Assembly: GCF_009914755.1 (NCBI RefSeq)
Contig: NC_060935.1
Source: the human T2T-CHM13v2.0 reference genome, Homo sapiens
Length of the DNA stretch: 64,000 bases
Strand: one strand, 5' to 3'
This document shows, in pieces, positions 1 through 11,719 of the stretch. Each line of letters opens with the position of its first letter. Position 1 is the first letter of the stretch. The notes under the pieces are model-generated. The model worked only from the letters and a program-made list of their open reading frames with translations, made no database searches and was not told where the DNA came from. A program made the position numbers and the translations under genes.

Positions 1-207
<207 letters not shown>

Positions 208-1533
208 CTAAAAGCTTGCTGAGCCCCTCCTTTCCCTCTTCTACCTCTCTGTGCATTCTCTGTCCAGATACAGTTTGTCACTTCAGTCAAGGCTAGATGC
301 ATGGCAAGGAGAATTTATATTGAGTTATTTGCCTGGTTCAGATAACGGCATGTCTCTTAGCACTCTGAATGCCTCTGATGCTATGCATGTCCTTCCTGAG
401 CAGCAGAGGGGCATGTGATGGTGAGATTGAGTTAAAATAAATTAATCAAAGTGGACTGAGTAGGGAAAGAAAGGTATAATCTTGAAAAGCAACCATTTTC
501 ACTTAGACATTATCCCATGCAACATTGCCTATCTGTTGGAAGAATGGATTTTTAGCATATTGTCCACACAGATAGATGATGTTAGCAGTGGCTACAATCT
601 CTTGGCCAGGGCTTCTGAGCCAGAAGTGTATCAGACTCATCTCTGCAGAATGCTGAGAGAAAAGCTGCTCTATACCCTGTCTCACTCCTTTGCTGCAAAT
701 GTTTGCAAACTGGCAATTGCATGAGCGCATGATATTCTTTATTTTAAAAAAGTGAGAACTTATTTGGGACCATCCTGAATTACTCTCTCCAGGAAAGAAT
801 TTGGAAGGAAGAAAGAGTTCCAATTCTGATTCCAATTTTGTAGAATCATTTGAACCTGGATGTCATCCTGACCTTGGCTTGCCAGCTGCTCTGTTCTGCC
901 TCTCTAGAATCCTATCCATTTACGGTTTTCAAGCCACCTGTCAGCATGGCAAGCAGGAGAAAGGCTACAGCAAGAGGGCAAATTAGATGTAAATATCTCT
1001 GTGGGCTTTCCTGCTAATGAAATTATACATTGAACAAGCAGGGTGCCAAACCAAAGAGAAACAGCATGCTGGAGCAGAAAGCCTTTAGAATGAGAGCTAG
1101 GAAATGGGCACCAGTCTAATCCACAATGGCTTTTGCATGAGAAAAATGACATTTTATGTCTTCCATTTCGAGTTACAGGCTCATAGCAGGTGCTCAATCC
1201 TTCTTCCTGGTCGTCACTCTTTTATGAATTAATGGTGGCATTGGGCAAATTAGTACTCTCTGCAAACTCATCTCTAACTAAAAAAGACATGAAAATTAAA
1301 CAAATACATATTCAGACACAATATTGCTAAGCACAATGATAGGGTTTTTTTAAATTTGTAAGTTTAATATACAATGAATGCCTTAATTTATGATTGTGTT
1401 TATTCTCTGGTTTCATGTGTCCCCATCACAGTGTTAGTTCCTAGTTACACGAATATTCAGAGATATGGAAATGATAAGCTGTGGTAGGTGGTCTCCATGG
1501 TCTTTCCTAATTTTCATGATTTGTAGGTTTTAC

Positions 1534-1919
1534 AGATACGGTTTGGGTCTGTGTCCCGCACAAATCTCAGGCCAAATTGTAATCCCCAGTGTTGGAGGTG
1601 GGGCCTGGTGGGAAGTGATTGGATCATGGGTGTGGATTTCCCCTTTGGTGCTGTTCTTGTGATAGTGAGTAAGTTACTGTGAGATCTGGTCACTTAAAAG
1701 TGTGTAGCACCTCCCCCTTCTCTCTCTTTCTCCTGTTCCGGCCATGTAAAATGAGCCTGCTTCCCCCTTGCCTTCCGCCATGGTTGTAAGTTTCCTGAGG
1801 CCTCCCCAACTATGCTTCCTGTACAGCCTGCAGAACCATCAGCCAATTCAACCCTTTTTCTTTATAAATTACCCAGTCTTAGGTATTTATTTATAACAGT
1901 GTAAGAATGGACTAAAACA
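1534..1919 (+). mobile_element. ERVL-MaLR solo LTR (MSTA/MSTB-like)
   Basis: Starts gatacggtttgggtctgtgtcc...tgtaatccccagtgttggaggtggggcctggtgggaagtgattggatcatggg and ends ...taaattacccagtc...gaatggactaaaaca. Confidence 0.85.
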
Positions 1920-2169
1920 CTGATTTTCCTGGTTATCAGGAAATTAGGATTACATAGACATACAGTTGTCAGTGTTACTTAAAACATATAATACTGCATC
2001 GATCCAAGAGTGACTGATTAAAGTATTGGTAATGGGCAGTCTCCTAGGCTGATACAAGGAACAAGCTATGAGAGTTTAATGACTACCCTCTCCTGGGTAA
2101 GCATATCTCATGCACTCAACTGCCATACTTCTAGGCAGCCCATCTGAGATGTGAGGGCAACTTTGAAGA

Positions 2170-2415
2170 CAGGGAATATGACATTTCCCAGTTCCAAGAC
2201 CACAGCGCCTTTAGGTGGCCCTCTCCTATAGCTGCAGCTCTTATCCATTAAGTAAATTCTTCCCTTACCCATTCAGGGCTGGGGATCATGGTAACTTCAC
2301 ATTGTTACTAGTTCTGCTAATCCCTAGTTAATTTCCTAACCCTGCTCCTGTCTTTGTAATTTTAGTGTATCCATTAACACATTTTCAATGATCATTTTGG
2401 GTGTGCTGTTTCCTG
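2170..2415 (+). mobile_element. Old ERVL-class LTR relic (LTR33/LTR41-like, subfamily uncertain)
   Basis: Degenerate match to the ...ccctgc...tttgtaa...cattaa...gagtgtgc...gtttcctgc 3' LTR pattern. Confidence 0.4.
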
Positions 2416-2489
2416 CTCATTCGCTTTCTCTTTCCTGAGATCTACTCCCTTTATCCACTGTTTACTGGGCATATTGACTGTAGTTTTAC

Positions 2490-3140
2490 AGTCATCTCAA
2501 CTCTGTAATCCAATATAGAACTCATCACAAACCTGCTCCTCAGCTCAGCAATTGATGCTATTCTCTGCTAGTCAAAAGACAGCTGGTGGCATCTTGGACC
2601 ACTCCATCTCACTCTTTTTATATCAATTTATATTAATCCTCATTCAGAAAATTTTCTAAATTCACTGCTTCTTCACCATCTGCACAATTCTTGCTCTGAT
2701 TAGTTCCCAAGTCCAGTAGATTATCATCTACATTGGCCTGACTTCTCATCCACTATTTCTTTGTTTTCATGACTATCAAAATCATATTTTAGAAAAAAAA
2801 ATTTACACATGCAAATGTACTCTTAAAACCCTTTGAAGTCTCCTTATCACTTTAAAGATAAAGTCTAACTTTCTTGGTGAAGCATATAAGCCCTTAAATT
2901 TTTTTAACCTGTTTTTGCTGTTTTCCTAATATTTATAAGAACTCTGTACTTCAATTCCACCAAACCACTGGTTGTTTATTACAGATAGTTGCATTTCAGA
3001 CTCATGTCTTTGTACATGCTGTTTCCACTGTCCAGAATATCCTGTGGGTAGTAGTCCCTCAATCCTACCTCTAGCATCACCTTCTCTAGAAAACTTCCCT
3101 AGATAACCCTCAACAACTAGTCTGGGTGCCTCTTAGTTGT
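2490..3140 (+). mobile_element. L2 LINE relic
   Basis: Degenerate L2 3'-region motifs (ctttgtacatgctgtttccactgtccagaat; catcaccttctctagaaaacttccct). Confidence 0.55.
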
Positions 3141-3894
3141 TGCAATGGCTCCTTATCTTCAGGTGATGGCATGCCCCAGGGCAAAGTGCTCTGTGTTCTG
3201 CTGGATGAAATACCACCACTTTGTCCTTCTCTATGCCCCGTGAACACCAGAACACTTATGCCTGCTCTTCTCCTTAAGGTCCTATCTCTTTCCTGGCTAT
3301 AGAATGAGGCGCAGGATTCAGATGTGGGCTGTTTTGGAGGGAAGCATCTTATTTATGTCTCATGATGTAAGATGTGCTAGAATGATTGATGGATCTTGGA
3401 GTCTGAGATAGTTTTGAATCCCAGGTCTTCTGCTGACCAGCTGCATACTTTTCAAGAAGGAAAAGTTTGGAGAGTGTTATACCAACAAATAGCTTGCTTA
3501 AGAGTGATGTTGAGTCCCCAAGTTTAATGGGGTAGTTTGCGGTAAGAGTATTAGTGAAACTGGCTCTGTACTTTGCCTTTGAGCCAGCCAGAGCTAGGAT
3601 TGAGGTATTCATTGATCAAGCTTATCTCAACTACAACATGGAATGTCTGTTTTTCACTTGTGAAAAATTATTGCTCAGGTAGATATAATTTAAAGCTTCC
3701 ATTTCTATTATAAAGTTCAGTGATTTTTAAGCTAAAATTAACTATAAGGATAATATAAAAAAGTATTATTCAGTCTTTGATTAGTGAACCTCTTTCATAG
3801 AGATATGTAATCTCACAACATCCCTTAGGATTAAAAAGGTCATAATTTTTAGGTAGTAATGATTAAGAAGTAACTTTAAGCTTAAAAATTTATT

Positions 3895-4250
3895 TTTGAT
3901 CTATATATATAACAATTACATATTACATAACATTTGCTCCTATATTATCTTTATTCATTGATATATGTGGATATGTGCATGTGTGTATATATTATATATT
4001 TATATAAATATAGATATATATATCTATATAAATAATATATATCTATATATATTATATAGATATATATATATCTACATGTGGATATATAGATCTTATAAGA
4101 TCTCTGTACTTCAGTTCCACCAGACCGCTGGTTTGGTTATACAACCAAATCAGAAGTATATTATATTTAATTATATAAATTAAGGAGTATATATAAAATA
4201 ACCAAACCACTGGTTTGGTTATATAAATATAGTTATCTAAATATATATAT
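3895..4250. repeat. (TA)n-rich low-complexity tract containing templated inserts
   Basis: Long alternating TA runs; see findings. Confidence 0.85.
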
Positions 4251-4251
4251 A

Positions 4252-4716
4252 TATTCACAATAGCTAGGATGTGGAAACAACCTAAATGCCCATCAGTGTA
4301 TGAATAAAGTATATACATACAATGGATTATTATTGTAATATACAGCAATAATACTATTGAAAAAAAAGAAATCTTTCATATGTGACAACATGGATGAACC
4401 TGGAAGAAATTATGTTGAGTGAAATAAGCCAGTCATGGAAGGATGAATGCTGCATGATTCTGCTTATATGAGGTATCTAAGACAGTCAAATTCACAGGCT
4501 AAAAGAGTAGAATGGTGGTTGCCAGGAGCAAGGGTTAGGGGGAAAGGAGGAGCTGCTAATCAAAGGGTACAAAGTTTCAGTTATGCAGTTGAGTAAATTG
4601 TAGAGATCTGCTGTAAAACATTGTGTCTGTAGTTAACAATAATGTATTGTGTAGTTAAAAATGTTCACAAGGGTAGATCTCATATTAAATGTTCTTACCA
4701 CAATAAAAAAAAAAAG
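4252..4716 (+). mobile_element. L1MA-type LINE-1 3' end with poly(A)
   Basis: ttcacaatagc...ggaaacaacctaaatgcccatca...acaacatggatgaacctgga...gggtacaaagtttcagttatgc...gtagatctc...ttcttaccacaataaaaaaa. Confidence 0.9.
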
Positions 4717-6713
4717 AAGTTAAAATGTATGTTTATACTGCCTTAATGGTGTTAAAGTTTTAGAATAACTGAAATTTTTGGTAACACTGATCTAAGTATG
4801 ACAGTTGTTTTAACTTATAAAAGAAAAAGATGGACAGAAGGGGGCTTACCTGAATGAAGGCGGCTCCAGAACTGAAGAAGTCTCTTCACTAAAGTCATAT
4901 ATAATGCAGGTTATATTCTTCTAAAGTTTCTTTCTTTCTCTCTCTCCAGTTTTAAGTATTTTGATTCGAACACCAGGTCTTTGCCACATTTCCCATTTTT
5001 TTTTGTAATTAAGTATTCTTTATGTATTTTCATTACTTACTAAGCAGAAACAATTTCATTCACTTTTTTATTTAATCTAATCTGGTTGTAAATGGCTATA
5101 TCAACTCATTTCTTATATTTACTTCTGATATTTGTTGCAACAATATGAGTGATTAGTATTTTTTTGTGTGTTTCAATTGTTAGGGAAAGATACATATATA
5201 CACAAGAATATAAGCAGCAATAACTAATTTTGCATGGGAATATTGCCACTCGTGTTTTATGTTTTACATTTTAAATATTTTATTAGTTAGATCTAAACTT
5301 CTAACACTGCTACTATTACCACTACTACTACTACTACCACTAGTAGTATTACTACTAAAGCAGCTAGCATTGAAAAAACATACTGTATGTTCCATGCTAT
5401 GCTAGGCACTTCACAGAGTTTTATCTAAAAGGTTAAATATTTATTGAATAGTAATAAAGTGGGCTTATGTCCTAGTTTGTTCAAAAGAGTCCAGATATAA
5501 GCAGTTTTCCCAGGTAAAGCCATTCTCCAAATACCACTAACACTTTATTTAACTCTCAGAAATGACCTGTTTTGGACAAAGCTTACATATTCACTTTAGA
5601 AATTGTACATATATGACATACTTCTTTTACACCTGATTTAATGGGAATTCTTCTAATATTTTGTTATTAGTATTATATTTGCTATAGGTGTCTGATTTTT
5701 TTTCCTACCTTCAGAAAGTTTTCTTTTAGTTTTAGTTGCTAATTTATTTTGTTTTAGTCAGAAATTAGTGTTGGATTTTATCAAATGTTTTTATATTATA
5801 TATTACATTTTCTGTTTAATATGTTAATGGAGTAAACCATATTCATAGATTTTTCTAGTTTTGAATAAAACTTACAATCTAAGGGCAAAATATACTCCTT
5901 CATAAAGTATTTAATAGTTTATTAGGTTTTATAGTGTTATATATAAATACTTTAGTATTTTACAAAATAATGATATATATTTGATATTTGATCAAATGAA
6001 ATTTGATTAAATGAGATTTGACTATAATTTCCTTTTATTTCCATATTTGTCTGATTTGTGTGCCAAAGTTATGAAAGCCTCATGAATAAGCTATAAATAT
6101 TTCCATATTTTTTCATCTTCTATATTTATATGTTATGGTGTAATTTACCTGTAAAACATTTAGGCTTGTACTTTTTAGAGTAAGATATTTTAAAATTCTC
6201 TTTTACAATATTCTATCATTATGGTCTAGGGTTTTTTTTACTTTTATTTCAGTTTGGTAATTATTTTTTTTAGAATAATATTCATTTTACCTATATTTTC
6301 AAATGTATTAGCATAAACTTCTACTTAGAAATTTGATATGTCTATATTTCTATGTATATATTTTTTATTACTAATTTTGTTTATGTTTATAATTTGTGTT
6401 TTCTTTTACTCAATTAGATTTGATGAATGTTAACATGTGGGTCTTTTCAAACAGATGACTTTTTTTTTTAAATTGCATCAAATTTATTTTTTCCCTTCCA
6501 AATCTATTGAGGTGCTTGTGTATTTTCATGTGATAAATACATCAATAATTTTTCTCACACTGAATTATTATTACTGAGCCTTAATTGTGTTTGGACATTA
6601 TTTCATTTTGTTTTAGTTTTTATAACGTTTATTTCAGAGACCGAAATTGTTTGCCCTAATTTTTATTTCCATCAAAAGGGAAGGAGAGCCATCATGGTTA
6701 CTTGGGTCTAATC

Positions 6714-7110
6714 TTTTTTTTTTTCTTTTTTATTATACTTTAAGTTCTGGGGTACATGTGCAGAACGTGCAGGTTTGTTACGTAGGTATACATGGGTCAT
6801 GGTGGTTTGCTGTATCCATCAACCTGTCATCTACATTAGGTATTTCTCCTAATGCTATCCCTCTCCTAGTCCCCCACCTCCTGACAGGCCCTGGTGTGTG
6901 ATGTTTCCCTCCCTCTGTCAATGTGATCTCATTATTCAACTTCCAATTATGAGTGAGAACATGTGGTGTTTAGTTTTCTGTTCTTGTGATAGTTTGCTGA
7001 GATGATGGTTTCCACTGTCATCCATGTCCCTGCAAAGGACATGAACTCATCCTTTTTTATGGCTGCATTGTATTCCATGTTGTACATTGCCACATTTTCT
7101 TTATCCAGTC
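6714..7110 (-). mobile_element. L1PA LINE-1 3' end (5'-truncated)
   Basis: ttttttattatactttaagttctggggtacatgtgcagaacgtgcaggtttgttac...atgagtgagaacatg...ttctttatccagtc. Confidence 0.93.
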
Positions 7111-8224
7111 GATGACTTTGGTTTTAATGGTTACTTTTAATTTTTTAAAATGTTTGCTTGTATTACTTTCATTTGTTCAATATTAGTTATTTGTATTGTA
7201 TTTGATTTTTATTTATTTTACAACATCTTCAGTTGAATGTTTATTTTCAGTCTTCTTAAAAACATATACATTTATGATAAAACATTTTTTGAGTACTCTG
7301 GCTGTTCTATAGATTTTAATATACAGAACTGTCACCAATGTTCATTTATAAACAGGATGTGATTTTAGTTAAGTTTTTCTCTTCATTCCAGAAAGCTATC
7401 TTAAAAGAGAGATTGTAAGTGAACGTATTTCTTTTGGATAACTTTTGTTTTAAATTTAAGATTTCTTTTAGTCAGTGAATGTAGCCTGTTTAATTTTCGT
7501 TTCCTGGAATTTGTTAAAATTTTCTTCCTGGTTTAATCCAAGGTTAATATTTATGAATGTTTTAATGATGAGAAAGAGAATGTCTGTCCTCTGTTAATAG
7601 GAACAAACCTCTAAGTAGATGTGTTTGATTATTCTTGCTATTTGTGTTACTTAATTACATAGATTTTTTTTTTTCTTTTGCCTTCTTGATGTATTTGCCA
7701 GTTAAATATATTAAAGCAAGTCATTGTGATTGTGGATTTTTTTTCCTCGTGTGTTTCCAATAATCTTTGTTTATTAGGCTTTGAAGCCCTATTTTTAAGC
7801 ACATATAGGTTCATCACTGTTCTACCTTCTGTGTAGATTTTTTATCAATTTTAAATATTTCTTTTAATCCTTTTAATGGCTTTTATTTTTAATTATTTCT
7901 TATTGGACATTAATATTCTTACACCTGCCTTTGTTTATCATTTGCTCCTTTAAATGCTTTGTATATATCGGAACTGGTTAACTGATGGTGCTGGTTCAGC
8001 AAATACCATCACTTAAGGACATGGTTGCATTATTCTTTTTCTGAGTGCTTCTTAACTTTCTTTAATTTATTTGGGCATTTAAGTCTGTTTGTTGGCCCTG
8101 TGGTCATCACTCACATTTTTCTTGCGCTCCTGACCTGTGCTTTGTCAATCAGAAATGGTTGTATCTTCGTCTTATTCTTTAGAATCTGACTTTTGTGCTT
8201 GTCTTTCTTTTTCTTTCATTCTAT

Positions 8225-8400
8225 TTGTTGCTGTTGTTGTTGTTGTTTGAGACAGAGTTTCATGATCTCGGCTCAGCTAAGTTTTGTATTTTTTGTAGAG
8301 GCAGGGTTTCACCATGTGGCCAAGGCTGAACTTGAATTTCTGGGCTCAAGTAATCCGCCTGCTTTGGCCTCCCAAAGTGCTGGGATGGGTCACCCGACCA
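8225..8400 (-). mobile_element. Internally deleted Alu (AluJ-like)
   Basis: tttgagacagagttt, then a deletion, then ttttgtatttttgtagaggcagggtttcaccatg...ggctcaag...ctcccaaagtgctggga. Confidence 0.8.
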
Positions 8401-9337
8401 ACTTTGGTCCTTTTTTGTTATAGCCATACAAAGAATAAGAAAGCATTTCCACTGGCTTCTTTCATACTGACTGGATAGAACTAGCTAGGATGTTCTCCTA
8501 ATTTTGTTGCTAAGTTGTCTCGGGTTATTAGAGTGGGTACTTGTCTTCCCAAAACAAGATCTTTTTTTCTCTGTATACATTTAGATTGTTTCATTCCTCT
8601 TTGAAGAGTAAGATGAATTATTAGGGCTAATGATGGGATTTAAGCTCTTCAGAAAATATGATAGAGAGTACCACACATATAGGGAAGTAAAGGGCTAAAG
8701 TCATTATCTTAAATATGCAAGAGTAGAAATGCATTTATGTGGTATGTGTTATAGATGTGTTCATGTAGTTTTGCTCTTATGTTTTTAAGTTAGAAAGAGT
8801 TTCTAAAAATAGCTTCTGGATAATAAGCTGATAGACTTCTACTGCTTTTGAAATACATTTCACTGGTTAGGCAACATCTATTAATGCTGTATCTCACATA
8901 TTGCTTCATCTGAGGCTGTTGAAGTTAAGGAAACTTAATTTCATTTGGTTCAAAACGTTTTGAACAAAAATGAAAGAACATAAATTGTAAAAGAAATCCC
9001 TCAGCTTGACCCGTGAAAGTAAAGTAAATGTGCTGACAGAGGTCTAAGAAATCAAAAAATGGGAAGAGAACAAATAATAAAATTGAGCAAGACTTCCAAT
9101 GGTTCAGTAAAATGGCTCCTGAAGACAATGTTATAACTCTATCAATCTGTGTTTACTTCTCTAAAGGCCTAAGGAGATCATCATGGAAATGGCAATGAAT
9201 TTTGAAAACTAAAAGAAAAAGTGTGTATAAATTATAACTTTTATATCATAGCATTTCCAAAATTCTTTTCATGAAACTCTACTCTGAGGAGACAGCTTCA
9301 TTAGCAAAGTTAATGGATATTAGAATACTATAAATTG

Positions 9338-9638
<301 letters not shown>

Positions 9639-11719
9639 AGAATACTATAAATTGGTAACTTCCGAAGTGAAGATAGCCATTTAATTTGGAATTACTACAT
9701 TTTTCAAACTTTTAAGACTCTAAGAACTTTTATGAATCACCTATTACTATTCAGCAGTTCAGAAAAGCCACAATTTATTATGTGGTTTTCACGGACATAG
9801 AATTTGTATAATTTAAAATATAACATCTATCTCATCATAGAAATCTGATAGTATGAAAATTTTTATTTTTAATGTCAATGAATAAAAATACAAGCTATAC
9901 ATAAATAAGCCAAAGTGTCTGATATGTATATCACATAGGTATCCTGTATATAGATCATACCTCAAAGAGACTTATGTCCTGGCAAAAATAAATGTCTTTG
10001 TCCTGGTGTAACAGTAATTTAAAACATTTATTCTAGTGGAGGTTAAGTGTTCCTGGAAACTTTTGGTTCAGGATTCTAAGAGTGGCTGGAGAAGATGAGT
10101 TTAAACATTCTCTTCATAGAACTTATTTACTAACATAATAACCTAAAAGTAATAAACAGAGTGAGATGTAATAACTGATTCTGAGTTTTAAAATACTGTG
10201 AGAGAAAATGTAAATACCAAGCTTTTGCTTAAGGAGATAACTTCATTAATATAATTCTGCCTATCTATGTGCTTACCTACCTTTCTGCCTAGCTATCATA
10301 CAAAGTAAATATTTGCAAATTGTTTATGTTCTAAAACTGATCATTCATGTACAGCATAACCAAAAACTTGGCCAGCATTCAGCAGCAATTATAACAGAGG
10401 AAAAGCATTCTCTCTGTGGTGTTCAATATCAATTTACTAAGTTGTCCTTGATAGACAGTTCCAAGGTTGCATATGAGTTCAAACCTCAATAGGTTTCCTC
10501 CAGGATATATGCTTTAAGTTGGACAGGAACTTGTTAAGCTCCACAAATAACATTGATATAACAAATTTAAGCTTCCTGCTGAATATTAACTGTATACTAA
10601 ATACTACATTGACACTAATAATAGCTACTATTGAGCATTTATCAGGAATGTTGAAATGATAGAAACTTCACAGATTATTGTAACTCACTTCTGCATTTAA
10701 AGCAAGAGGAACAAGTTGTAGAGAAATCAGAGTGATTTATCCAAAGTCAGTTGGTGACAGGTAAGAGATCCTGGCTTTTAATTCAATGCTATTTCTATTG
10801 CATCCGCTGGTTTTAAATGGCCTTCCATAATTTGATGGAGTCTGATAAGGCTCTTTGGATTTTTAGAAGGTAATTTCCTGTACCTGGTTTGTATATGTCA
10901 CTTCATCCTCAATTTTATGTGAACATATTACCATTCATATCACGTTAGAATAAAAGATACTGAAGGGAAGAGTCTGACAAAACAGATAAAATGGCTTTCT
11001 TTGTTAAGATCAAACACATTCTGTATAATATATGTATCTACATATGTATATATATCATTATGCATTTAATACAATGTCAGAAGCATAAATCAAATATATT
11101 TTTAAATATACCTTGTTTTTCTCTTCCATACATCAAGCATCTACCTTATATTCTGCTGTTAGTTTTTCACTAATTTGTGTCCAGGGAATGTATATTTGCT
11201 CAAGAATCAGTCAAAGTAAAACTTTTTTTTTTTCTGGAAAAATTATGTAATATGCACATACATCTACACACAAACACACATATACACAGAGACACATGCA
11301 GATGGACTCAAAAGTCAAATGTCTATATAAATATGTATGTTTGTAAACACACATCTATACACACACAAATAATCTATTTTATCTGTGTGATGTTACCTCT
11401 ATCAACACATATAATTATGAAACTATTTCTATAATTTGTATGTCTAGATGCATAAACAATGCATATTTCCTATATATTTTTTTAAGTACTTCTTTATGTA
11501 ACAGTTGTTTGTAGATGTGTTTGGGGACAACATCTCTGGTTGGTTTGTGGTTGGTTTATATTTTCATTTAAATCTATACAGTCCACTGCTTACTTTGTAA
11601 ACCCCATAATTCAAATGTATAGATCATCCAGTATTCAAGATTAATTAGTATCATGGCTCTTTTCATCTCAGAAAACACTATTAAGACAACATTCTAAACA
11701 TTTGAGGGGAATAATCTTA

